A DNA stretch of 47,901 nucleotides, the filler included, from Dimargaris cristalligena (Eukaryota), in the NCBI GenBank assembly GCA_003614675.1. It is 2 parts of 2 records of this genome, joined end to end, with 100 filler letters (N's around TTAATTAATTAA, not from the genome) between each part and the next. Parts side by side here need not be neighbours in the genome. Positions count along the whole stretch, not along the records: positions 1 to 23,917 come from ML002602.1; positions 24,018 to 47,901 come from ML002603.1. The stretch is one strand, 5' to 3'. Shown in pieces: positions 23,631 to 34,417 of the stretch. Every line of letters begins with the position of its first letter. The first letter of the stretch is position 1. A program made the position numbers and the translations under genes. Under the pieces are notes generated by a model. The model was not told where the DNA came from. It did not search any database and worked only from the letters and a program-made list of their open reading frames with translations.

Positions 23631-23917
23631 ACGCCCCTCCCACCTGCTCCCCTTTGGTAGGAGCTAAGGAGATGCGGGCAATGCGCAGGATTTCCGGGAG
23701 GGAGGGCAACAACAGACCGTAGTCGAAGGAGCGCTCAAAGGTTAGTTCAGGGAAATAAATTTGGTAGTATTTGGAAACCTTGAGGTTGACTTCCCAGATC
23801 AGGGCATTCTTAACGCGGGCCGGGGTGTCGGCTGCGGCGCTAGCACCGGCCTTACGGGCGGGCGCGGGTAGGAATTGGGACTGGATATAGGTGACCTTAT
23901 CGAAGTCGGGCAAATGA
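23578..23917. repeat. Perfect 53-bp inverted duplication (23578-23630 / 23865-23917) around a 234-bp inverted segment at the contig end
   Basis: TCATTTGCCCGACTTCGATAAGG...TTCCTACCCG is repeated as an exact reverse complement ending at the last base before the Ns. Confidence 0.95.
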
Positions 23918-24017
23918 NNNNNNNNNNNNNNNNNNNNNNNNNNNNNNNNNNNNNNNNNNNNTTAATTAATTAANNNNNNNNNNNNNNNNNNNNNNNNNNN
24001 NNNNNNNNNNNNNNNNN
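23918..24017. other. Artificial contig linker N44-TTAATTAATTAA-N44
   Basis: Exactly 100 bp and symmetric. The core at 23962-23973 gives TAA in all six frames. Confidence 0.97.
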
Positions 24018-24260
24018 GGTAAGAAATAAGCTAAGGAACTGAACCGGTCCCAGAGGGGCCTGGTTATTTATACGTGGGGACCACTCATAATGAGGGGTCC
24101 CTAAGGGAATGGGATGACTAAGGTAGAGGTGAGGGTCAGAGTCTCAACCAGGTGGGCTTGCTTTCGGAAGACTCTTACTGAGAGAGGAGGGTCATTGGAT
24201 CAGCCAGTAGAGTATGGTGTGAGAAGCGTTGGGACCCAGTCATAGTGGGTTATATAGTTG
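24018..24260 (-). mobile_element. LTR-like repeat fragment, copy B (diverged, truncated by the contig start)
   Basis: AAATAAGCTAAGGAA...GGGGCC...GGAAGACTCT...TTGGATCA...GGGTTATATA matches 45495-45718. CpGs are retained. Confidence 0.6.
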
Positions 24261-25426
24261 AGGGAGGGGTAATATGGCGCAATAAGGCAAGATAGTGCAA
24301 CCAGGAGAGGCCTCCCCCACCCAAAGGCGAGAGGCCGATCCCCCCCACAGTGCGTCCCATCCAAGTGAGGAAAACCCAAGGAACTATACAGTGGTCAACT
24401 CGACCCCCTTGTTGGAGGAGGATACCTCCCCACTAATAGCACAAGAGCAATACCTCACCCCAGAGGAGTAAAATACACCGCCCCGAGCGGCCAACCCTTT
24501 GTTCCCTATCTTTCAAATAAATATCTATCCAATTTATAATTCTTATCTAGTTGTTCTTTGATCCCTCGTCCTACTCGACGGAATAGTTATTTCTTTACAG
24601 TTGCTTGGTCCTACTCGGCCATCCCGGTTACAATAGGATGGGACAATCAGTGTTCCGTATTTAGGAAGGATTAGGTGGGCCGACAGATAAAAAGTGGAAA
24701 GAACTGCAAAGAGTAGTTTAGACTCCTGCAATGGTATTTATTAGAGACACTCCAGGTAGTCCAAGGTTGTTATGTATATAATGTATAAAAAGAGAACGTA
24801 TTCCGCGCCTGGGATGAGGTGGCTCACCAAAACCAAGGCCACTCAGCAATGCCTACCCTGCTACTGTATAGCAGTAGGGCCTTTCTCTAAAACACATGAT
24901 CGCAGTGGTGGTGGTGCGAATATTAGTCCAACATACTATATTTATCGAATGCTTGAAGGCATGGTACTGTTACTAGACTGCGGACTATTCATATGGGGAA
25001 AAGGCTCAGGCCGGCTATATAATGAAAAACCCGGTTGACGCGGCCGGCTATACTGGGCTAATCAAATCCCATATATATATATTTTACTATTCACATTTCA
25101 TTTAGAATTGTATACAGCTGTAGTGTAAAGTTCGGCCCCATGTGAACCTATCAATGTAGGGAAATTATCTGACCAGCGATTGGGAGTTACCCCAACATTT
25201 TTATCCTCATTAGAATATGAGGATTGTGTACCAATAATTTGTATAGGAGAGAGAGGTGGGCAAATTCAGTAGATCGCCTGAGTGACTGACTCTGTAGGTT
25301 TTGTTGCATTCGCTGCCGATTTTAGGAGGAACTTCACTCTTCTTTGCCCCATTCCTACCTCTCGTTTATGTAATAACCCTAATTGTCCGTAATAACCGAC
25401 CCTCTCCCCTCCTTCTATTTGTCAAC

Positions 25427-26368
25427 ATGCGTCCCACGCTCGTCAACCAAAGTGTAGCCAAGAAGCTTCGGGAGCGCATCCTCAAGAAGCTTCCCGCAAC
25501 GGACAATGAAATGTCGGCCAACCGCGAAGTCGCTCTCTCGATCCGCAGCATTTCCAAAGCCCTCAAGGAGCGGCGCCAGAATTTCCAATCCGGGCAACCC
25601 TTGGGTCAACCCGATCCCCCCCAACCTTTGGAAGTCAAGTCTCCCTTCCAGACCCTGGTGGCCCGGCTCAAAAGTAGCTGGGACCAGGATGCGACGCTCG
25701 AACGACGCAAGTACCTGGTGGATAAGTTCCAGCGGCCGCATTACCAGTACATGACGGAGCTGAAGCGACTGGGCGGGAAATTGTTCGCCGCGCCCACCGC
25801 GTTGGTACCCGCGGACCAGGCCAAATATCTGCCGAATTTGGCGGTTCGGGATGGCCACGGAAAGCGGGCGGAACTTAAGGATCTGGCGCAGGGGAAGGTG
25901 AGTTTGGTGAGCTTTGAGTTTGTGCTGTACGCTAAACAACAGGTCGACGGGTTCGCGGGTCCTTTCCGGGATCGGTTTGGAGGATCAGTATCGGCGCCAA
26001 CGACGGGGGCACCCACCCCCGCTGCGGCCGCTGATGCTACCCCGGCCACCGTGGGTGATGCGCGTGTGCAACATCTACGGGTACACGTCATTGAAAATGC
26101 CCTCAAGGCCGCTGTTCTCCGGCCTTTCCTCCGGTCCATGGCCCGCCACGTCACCCCGGACGATCGCGCGCGTTTCCTTTTCCATTTCCGGCCCATTGAT
26201 CGTATCAAGGACGAACTGTTCATGGATAACATGGCCATGGGTTGGGTTTTCTTGGTCGACCCGCAGTGGCGGATTCGTTGGTACGCTAATGGGGAACCTA
26301 AACCCGAAGAGGTGGAACGGTTATTGGCCATGACATCGCAGCTCGTTAAAGAAATGCCCCAGGCCTAA
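25427..26368 (+). CDS. ATP10: Mitochondrial ATP synthase assembly factor Atp10
   Basis: ATG at 25427 with a basic presequence-like start. LGQPDPP, GGKLFAAP...A.YLPNL, ENALKA and the C-terminal GWVFLVDPQWRIRWYANGEPKPEE motif. Confidence 0.88.
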   Translation: MRPTLVNQSVAKKLRERILKKLPATDNEMSANREVALSIRSISKALKERRQNFQSGQPLGQPDPPQPLEVKSPFQTLVARLKSSWDQDATLERRKYLVDKFQRPHYQYMTELKRLGGKLFAAPTALVPADQAKYLPNLAVRDGHGKRAELKDLAQGKVSLVSFEFVLYAKQQVDGFAGPFRDRFGGSVSAPTTGAPTPAAAADATPATVGDARVQHLRVHVIENALKAAVLRPFLRSMARHVTPDDRARFLFHFRPIDRIKDELFMDNMAMGWVFLVDPQWRIRWYANGEPKPEEVERLLAMTSQLVKEMPQA

Positions 26369-27215
26369 CTTTTTTGGGCAATTTGCCCGGAAAAAACGAC
26401 CAGCAGTGTGAATGGAGAGGGGTATAGAGCGTATTATATTCCTGGCCTGGAGTTCCACTACCCCTCGAATTGTGATGATTGGTACTAGACGTGCTTCTTT
26501 ATAATAAACAATGGTATGCTACAAGACAGCTAACTATGGGCTGACTTGGCCAATCTAGTTGGTCTAGCCAGTTTTACACATCCAAGCACACATGCATTAG
26601 GTGGATTAGTCAGTTTACCAAAGCGAGAAACAAAACCAGAGCCTACTCTTCCATCTTTCACCCCAATTTCTTGGGTTCCGATAGTCCACCTACTTTTAGT
26701 TTACGCTATGTTACAAGGGAATTTGCTTGAGCATTTTCTCATTGCAACATAGGGAGTGGATAGAGTACACTTGAGGCATATATCATCCCTCCTGCCCCTC
26801 TCTACAATGTTGTGCCTTACACAGTTGTTCCTTCAAGAACAAGCCCACTCTCACGACGGTAAAGGGGCAGGGCTGCAGCTATATTTAATTTTAGAATTAA
26901 GAAAGCGCGAATAATGCCAATATACTATGGTTCGGATGGGCAAAGCATATGAGGTAGAAAACGATAAAGAATAGTAGTAAAAGTGCTAATGGGACTGCTG
27001 GGAAGGGGGGGGGGTGTCTAGCATAGGAACCCCATGAAATCATACAGGAATAATAAAGATAGTAGCGTAAGGGTGCAGTAGTGAAAATAGCAAGAATAAT
27101 AAAAAAAATACAAAATAGAACGAGGGAGATACCTTCTCCCACTCTCTCTATAATCCAGCCGACCTTAGTGGGGCGAAGATGTTGGTTTTATACTGCGTAG
27201 ATACCCAGGGTCGCC

Positions 27216-28703
27216 TTAAAATCGGTTCAGTTGCTTGCGTGCGTTATTTAATTTCGTGCCCGTCCGGTCTAAATCCTCGCTAAATTCACTTAATAATTGG
27301 TTTTGAATGTCCAGTTCGTCACCAATGGCGGTACCCAACTGGTTTTGCCGCCGCAAAATTTGGCTAAACTGCTGGAGCTGCCCGTCCTGCGTGGCCATGC
27401 GGTCGCGCTGGAGGGTGAGTAAATCCGAGTTAGCGAGGCCTTTGGTTTCCTCGGTTTCGCGGGCCTCCCGAGAACCACCACCAATACCGCCTCCCGAGGA
27501 TGAAGTGATATTGCCGAAGATCCGGGTGGATCGGGTACTGGCGGAGGTAGTGCGGCCGTGGTTAACCAATTGATCGTGCCGCTGGGCGTTTTGTTGGTAC
27601 GATTCCTCCCGGGGGGCCAGTGAGTCGTACGGGCGGGTGTCCCGCGCGGACTTGCCGTTGGAATACTGCGTCGGGTGTCGGGAATGAAGGGTCGAGGCCG
27701 ATGGGGAATCCCGCTGGCCCCAGGGCGAGTCTACGGCTCCGGAAGACGTGCCGGAGCGCACCTGTAAATTTAGTTGGTTGAGTTCGTCCCGCCAGGTAAC
27801 GAGCGCATCGTGGCGCCGGCGCTCCTCGCCCTCGGAGATGAGTTTCGCGTTCGCCAGGGCCCTTAGGCCCCGCTCCAGAGCTAGACCCCGGGCCCCGGTG
27901 TCGGCCAACAGCTGCTTGGCCCGGAGGGTGCACTGGTGTACGACCGCCACCTCGTTGCGGGACGACCCCAGGTCCCGTTTGAGGAGGATGTTACGCACTT
28001 CGCGGTTGAGGGCGGCGAGTTGGCGGAATTCGTCGGACCAGGACTGGGCGGTCCATAGGGGGTCGCCGCTGAGGTAGTCTCCACCGGTACTGGATAGGTA
28101 GAGACTGCTGCGGTTGCTGTGGATGGATGCGGAGTCGGTCGGGCCGCGCCCCGGGGATGACGGACTGCCCTGGGTAGCCGCTGTAGTCCCGGCGGCGGCC
28201 GACCATCCGTGCCGTAATTCGGGTATCTCCAAGAACCGACCCCACGGCCCACTGGCCCGCCAACCGGGCTCGGAGTGGTGCAGAATAGCGCGGAGGTATT
28301 TCTCCAGCCCTTCGCGACGGGCGTCCAGTTTAGGGCGCATCTTATCATCAATGGGTTCGCCTGCCAAAGGGTCGTGGTGGTGGGGGTCGGGGGAACTGCG
28401 CCGGCTGGGTGACGCCGCGGGGGAGGTATTGACTAGGCCGGTCCAGACCTTGGTGGTGAGTGTACCGAGACCTAAGTCCCAGCTCACCTGCGGCCAGGAC
28501 TTGGGTGGCAATTGCTCGGGTGGGGCGGGTAGGTTGGGGCACTGGGCCTGGAGGGCGCCATGGAGGGCTTCGAAGTCGCTGTAGCGGCGCCAAACGTGCC
28601 AGCTGCGGACGGCGGCCTGGACTAGAACCTGGTACTGAACATGGTCCTCGGGGGTTTTGACCCGGCGGTAGCGGGGAACTTGAATGTTACGGATGTTTTC
28701 CAT
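27216..28703 (-). CDS. VAM7: PX-domain vacuolar Qc-SNARE Vam7
   Basis: PX domain (VQYQVLV...WRRYSDFEALH...LPPK...RREGLEKYL) and a C-terminal SNARE motif (QDGQLQQFSQILRRQNQLGTAIGDELDIQNQLL) with no TM anchor. Confidence 0.9.
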   Translation of the reverse strand: MENIRNIQVPRYRRVKTPEDHVQYQVLVQAAVRSWHVWRRYSDFEALHGALQAQCPNLPAPPEQLPPKSWPQVSWDLGLGTLTTKVWTGLVNTSPAASPSRRSSPDPHHHDPLAGEPIDDKMRPKLDARREGLEKYLRAILHHSEPGWRASGPWGRFLEIPELRHGWSAAAGTTAATQGSPSSPGRGPTDSASIHSNRSSLYLSSTGGDYLSGDPLWTAQSWSDEFRQLAALNREVRNILLKRDLGSSRNEVAVVHQCTLRAKQLLADTGARGLALERGLRALANAKLISEGEERRRHDALVTWRDELNQLNLQVRSGTSSGAVDSPWGQRDSPSASTLHSRHPTQYSNGKSARDTRPYDSLAPREESYQQNAQRHDQLVNHGRTTSASTRSTRIFGNITSSSGGGIGGGSREARETEETKGLANSDLLTLQRDRMATQDGQLQQFSQILRRQNQLGTAIGDELDIQNQLLSEFSEDLDRTGTKLNNARKQLNRF

Positions 28704-29719
28704 GGGAGCGGTGGAGGAGGGTATATGGACTAGAGAGAGGGGGCACGTACCCCACGAGAGTACAAGGAGGTCTCTAGGTATGGGGGATGAGGTGCCAAGA
28801 AGGAGAAGCCAGGGGGAATACAAGAGGAAATGGAATAGAGGAAAAAGAAGGGGTCGTCAAACAGAGAGGCAACAGGCCCAAGTATTAGAGACACCGTGCG
28901 GGGGAAATAAGAAGGCAAAGGCTTTTGGGAACGGGGAAGGAGGCTGGAGCGGCCGTGACTCCGTTTTCTCTTCCCTAGAAGAGCTTCAGGATAGTTCAGC
29001 CGAGCCCGTTATGCTGTGAATTGTGGGCCTTGTGCTTATGGATGCGCATCAATATATATATATATATAATACACATGGGAGAAGTTCATTCAGGCTGTAT
29101 AATGAAACATCCATTGGATGAGGCCATATTGCTGGTTAAAAGCTATTCTCACAGATATTAGTCCATACACGTATTATGTAAAACCTTATACAGAGCTGGT
29201 TTGAACTTCATCCACATGTATATTATATATATATTATCATTCACCCGCTCTCTCTCTCTCTCTTCTCTCCTATACATCATACCCCGGACCAATGGGGGAA
29301 CTATAGGCTGTAATGGTGGTACATTTCTGCTCACTTTTGCTCTCGATTTTCTCCCATACTTGGTGCGATATGTCCACAGCATCTTTTTTACCATCCCACT
29401 CTTTTCATATTGGGCGAGGAAAAAAATGTTGGGTTTACGATAATCGACGACGGGGAAAGGAAACTATATGCTGTTGCTGCTATGCCCAAACCCAACGCGT
29501 TTCGGCAGGACCTCCGCTCTAAAGGAAGAGAGAAAGAGAACTCTTTTCACTTCAACTGCATTTCACCTAAACTTCTTCATTTGAATATATATATATATAT
29601 ATTTGTTTTTAGTAAACCCCTTTTATTTTCTAGCGCAGCTTCCCGGCTCGAATTACTTTATATATATATATAGACAGTTTCTACCCTAGCAACCCCACCT
29701 CCAGTCCATTCCGTGAATC

Positions 29720-30358
29720 ATGTCGGACGACGAAGGCTACACTTTTGAGGACCAGATCATGGACGAGCCCGAAGCTCAGCTCAGCGATGGGGAAGAAAAC
29801 GAGGACCAGCCCATGGACTCCGAAGTCGTGGATGCCGATGAGTCCGAAATGGAACAGAAGGAGCGCATCACCACCCCCTACATGACCAAATACGAGCGTG
29901 CCAAAATTCTCGGCACCCGGGCACTACAACTAAGGTAGGTTTTTTTATCTATTTTTGGTTATAATATACGACCCTCGTCGCCCTTTGCTCCTTCCCGTCT
30001 AAGTCCGGTTATGAGAGCAATTTATGTATCTCCATTTTCCTGGAACTAAGGAGTATAGAAACTCACAGCCCAGCTAATAAACGCGCTCCCATCTCCTATT
30101 TTACACCCCTTCTAACTCCCTTAAACTATGGAAAATTGCTTTTGCGATGGTTATTTTTCCTCGATATCTCTCACACCTCTCGCCATTCCCCACTACAGCA
30201 TGAACGCCCCCCCAATGGTGGAAATCGAAGGTGAAACGGATGCCTTCCAGATTGCCCTCAAAGAACTCCGGGAGAAAAAGATTCCCTTTTCGATTCGTCG
30301 TAATCTGCCCGACGGTGCCTTTGAAATCTGGAGTGTGCGCGATTTGATCAACGACTAA
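29720..30358 (+). CDS. RPB6: RNA polymerase I/II/III shared subunit Rpb6 (Rpo26); exons 29720-29934 and 30199-30358
   Basis: [24 protein letters not shown] joined to [45 protein letters not shown] by a GTAGGT...ACAG intron. Confidence 0.97.
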
Positions 30359-31737
30359 TTTTATTATTATTATTAGTATTATTATTATTAGCATTATTAA
30401 GCGCTAAGCAACGGAGTGGGTATAATTTGACCCCACATTGCACCTGGTACCCTTTTTTATTTTCATACCACTTGCGGGGATACTATACGTACCTAGAGAG
30501 CTTGATCTTCTAGGAGGTTTATCGGTTAGTTGTTGTTAGTCACACCACAACCCCCCCTTTTTTTATTGTGGGGCGGGTACATGTCCAATAAACTCATGCG
30601 ATTTCTGATGACTTCAGCAGTATACTGGTGTATATAGACTGCACGGCCGATATTCGAGATATCGGAATACTCTAGAGGTGGCCTGTGAATATAACTGCTG
30701 TACTTAATAATCAATGAGATTAAAGCCGACTTATCTTTAAGGAATAAGTGCCACCATTACCTAGCTCCATCAATAAGGCGCGGAAATTCAGCTACTAAAA
30801 AAAAAAGCACCTTCCTTTAAGCTATTCCCGCCGCTTCATTCACATATTCGACATACCATATTCCTTATTACACCTTCACTATTATCGCCTGCCATCTAGT
30901 CGCGCCTTCCAGCGTATTATATGCAGTTCGACGCCTTTATCATTGGTCTGCTTGGTTATATAAAGCCGAGCCAAGCCCTACAGTCACTCATCAGCTAATT
31001 GGTCGCGCCCCATACCCCCCCTCCTTTACTAGTTAACGCACCCATTATATTTGGTATCTGGCACTATTGCTATCTAAAAAGCGCCCTTCGCAAACTTAAC
31101 TTGAGCGTCCTCCTAACTCACCCATTTAGGCGTAGGTATTGTATCTATTACTAGTATTATACCCCATGACAATAACTCCCTCGGCAGAATCAGAAATCCA
31201 GGGCATACACATCATTAGTTGTTGTTTTTTGGTTCTTTTCTAAGACGTTTAATAAAAGGAGAGTGTGAAAACGAACATAAAAGCGTGAAAATAAGAAGGT
31301 ACGAAAATAACGAATTTAGATATTTTTAAAAATAATTTAAAAGAGATAATAAAAGAAGCAACACCATTGGTTGGGTTGGTGGGTATCGAGTAAAATGCAA
31401 AGATATATGATGGCCATAAAACAAACAACAACTTACGAAAACGAAGTATAAAAAGGGTTTAAGAGAAACAATACAAGAACGCCAATGGAAAAAAATATAA
31501 ACGAGTGTATTTTTACATAGTATCAAAAGGTGAAGAAAAGTTCACGGTCGCACTACGAATGGTGTATGTTAGTGTTGTGTGTATATGTGGTATGCGAAAG
31601 AAGAAATCGTGAGAAACGCTTCAAGGAACTAAAAAAAAAAAAGATTATATATATATATATATATATATAATACTAATAAAAAAACATGCCGATCATTAAT
31701 TATATCAATGTATGTAAACGCGGTATTACCGCTCGAA

Positions 31738-34417
31738 TCACGAAGTGAGGGGGCGGGACTTGGGGACGTGGTGGTCCAGCGTGGTGGATCGGCGTTGACT
31801 CGAGGCTGGGGCACGACCACCGGCGGTCTGGTTTGAAGAGCGGGAACCGCCCCGCGGTACAGAGGACGTAGTCGAGCCGGACTGCGACGCAGCTGTTCGA
31901 TTCCGAGTGGACGAGCTGGCGGTACGAGAAGACTGTTGACCGCTTCGACTACCACTGCTTTGGCTGGATTGATTCCGCTGACGGGCAGTCCCAGATGAAC
32001 CCGCCTTGGTATTGTCCGCTGCTACTGCTGGGGCCACTGAAGCCTGGTGAGTAGACGTCGAGCCATTCGTGGTCGTAGATGAATTGCTTACCACAGAATG
32101 GGCCCGGCTCGTTCGAGACTGTACAGAGTCCTGCGATCCCGATCGCTGACGATCCGCTGACTTACTCGAGCGAGCGTTAGTCCCCGCTGTGGTTGATGAC
32201 GAAGGTGAACTGCTCCTGGTGGTCTTCTGCGTCGCGGTGGAGGATGGGGTATTCTTAGCATTACCGTTCGAGCTGGGTTCGGATTTCTGGCGACGTACCC
32301 GGGTAGGCACGACATAGGGCTCACACAGCCTGCCCAAATCAGCCGATTCCTCTAATATCCCCACGCAGCGTTCGAGCTCCTGTCGGATCCCCTCCAGACT
32401 ATCCAGGTCGGCACTGTTGCCCAAATTGCGGCGTACATCGAAGGGTTCTTCAACACACAGGATACAGGCATACCGACCGTGGTCCCAGTCCTTTTCGTGC
32501 TTATTGAGCAACCGACCGTGACGAATACTGACGACATCTTCGCGATAATTAAATTCGTAGGCGTAAGTCCGGAAGAATTCGTACAGGAGACGCCCTAGGG
32601 ATTCCTTGTTGGCACGTCCGAAGCCGGCCAGCTGGGCCGGATCGTCTTCAAAATCCACCGAGATTTCAAAGTCGGCGGGGTCTTGGGTCAGAGGGTTCCA
32701 TACGGGGCCAGCCGGGTGAATCATGGGCAGGATGGGGGGCTGGCGGCGCTGAAGAAAATTAAAGACCAAATTGGTCCAGGTATAAGGGGAAACTGTCCCG
32801 CCCGCGGCGGCGTCGTTTAATACCCTTTGTTTCGTCCAGTGCTTAATGATCATAGTCAAGGGACGGACCCGGGGATCGATTTCCACTAGGGTCTTGATCA
32901 TCCGGGTGTTGTGCAGGGACACGGTGTTATTGATGTTGATATCGCATGCCACCTCCAGTTGGGGGTCCCAAAGCCGCACAATAGGCACTTTGGCTGGTAC
33001 ACAGTAGACTCGCTTCATACCGTCTAGTTGTAAAAGAATATACAAGGGGGGATATCAACATAATAGGTAAAACCATAAACGAGAGTTAGTGGACTGGTTG
33101 AATAAACCATTCAACGCATAACAGCGGGTTCACAAATAGAATGCGTTTTTTTTTTGCAAGAGCTAGTAATAACTTACGTTTCTGTAGAACCCGGGCAAGT
33201 ACCCGAACATCGGTGAGTTCGGTCGATTCCGTGGTGATACAAATGTCCACGTCACTAAACGACGTGGCGAGGTTATTACATGAGGATCTGTGGAGGGGGT
33301 GAATAGCCCAAATAACGTGAGTAAATAAGCCCAAGGCTGCGAGTTAGATGATGGTCAGTCGGTCGATGGGAAGGGGGTATTCCTAAATAGCCAACACTAG
33401 ATCGTAAGTAGTCGAACATTCGGAAATGCATTTATCAGAATACTTACCCAAACAAGTACACTCCGATCGTGTCTTGAGGCCATTCGGTCTGGACAATATC
33501 CTCCAATTTCCGCAAGAACATTTTGCGTTTGAGGATACTGCCAGGGGAGGGTTGAAGTTCATCCTACGGTTTGGTAATGGCGCGGATGCGATGGTCGTAT
33601 ATGTATATAAGAATATAAATAAAGGATTAGATGCCATTCTGATTAGCCTTCTACAGTGCAGAGCCATTTGCTCTATTTTAGTTCCAACAAATGAAAAAAA
33701 GCTATAAAAAAAAAGATGTATATGCGTATATAATAAATGAACCAGAATTTGGAAAATCACAGATAGCTTGGTGATGGACCAAATAATGTAGGTACCATTA
33801 ACCATCGGCGGTAGAGGTTGGATCAAAAACCTGCAGCGTATACTTACATAAAACATCACCGCCATTTGTTCGCCGATACGCTCTTCGACTTCTTTAGCCA
33901 GCCGACTTGGGTGCGGTTCGGACAGGCGCGGTAAGCCTATTGGCGGCCGAGTGATACGACCTGGCCCGGCATTTTTGGGGGCTTGGGGGGTTGACGTGGT
34001 AGTGACAGTCGAGGAAGAGATCGTCGACCCGGACCTGGGCTTAGGCGACACGGCCGAGGTCGGCTGGGGGGTCTCTTCGGTAGAGGTGGATCGGGTCAAT
34101 TCGGGAGCAGCCGTTCCCGTGGGCAATTGCCTTTTTTCGGGAGAGGCCAACAGAGCGGAGTCGGGCTGGGCGGCCTGGAGCGGGGAATGGCTCACCGAAA
34201 CGGGAGGTGTATTGGTCGAAGACCGAGCGGGCAAGGGGTGGGAGTGGGCCCGGACACTGAAACCGGAGGGATCGTCAGACATGATGAGGGGAAGGGTGTC
34301 AACGGGACTGGACGGCTCAACCACAGAGGTTTGGGAGAGGGGCGGAGACGGCGGGGCGGAGAGTCTGGGTGACGAAGGACGGTTTCGCCACTGTGGGGAG
34401 GTGCACGTTGGCTTCAT
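31738..34417 (-). CDS. Cid1-family terminal nucleotidyltransferase (Cid11/Cid13/CutA-like); exons 34417-33848, 33563-33448, 33287-33178, 33023-31738
   Basis: Three GTAAGT...AG introns assemble YLFGSSCNNLATSFSDVDIC (GS and DxD catalytic motif), AKVPIVRL...CDININN, IKHWTKQR...GGTVSPY and the PAP-associated LCVEEPFDVRRNLGNSAD. Ser/Pro-rich disordered termini. Confidence 0.9.

Noticed and set aside
23605..23913. 102-aa minus ORF as an independent gene
   Set aside because: It is the inverted continuation of URB1.
23962..23973. TTAATTAATTAA as a biological site or CRISPR-like repeat
   Set aside because: Synthetic linker; no repeat-spacer array appears anywhere in the window.
26472..26544. GTGATGA...CTGA pair resembling a C/D snoRNA
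   Set aside because: No terminal stem, no rRNA guide I can recognise, and it overlaps the AATAAA of the ATP10 3' UTR. snoscan or cmscan would settle it.
33383..33847. C-terminal part of the 385-aa ORF and the hydrophobic N-terminal extensions on ATP10, VAM7 and the 36199 gene
   Set aside because: These are intron read-through or pyrimidine-rich 5' UTR opened by non-ATG or upstream starts in the ORF track.
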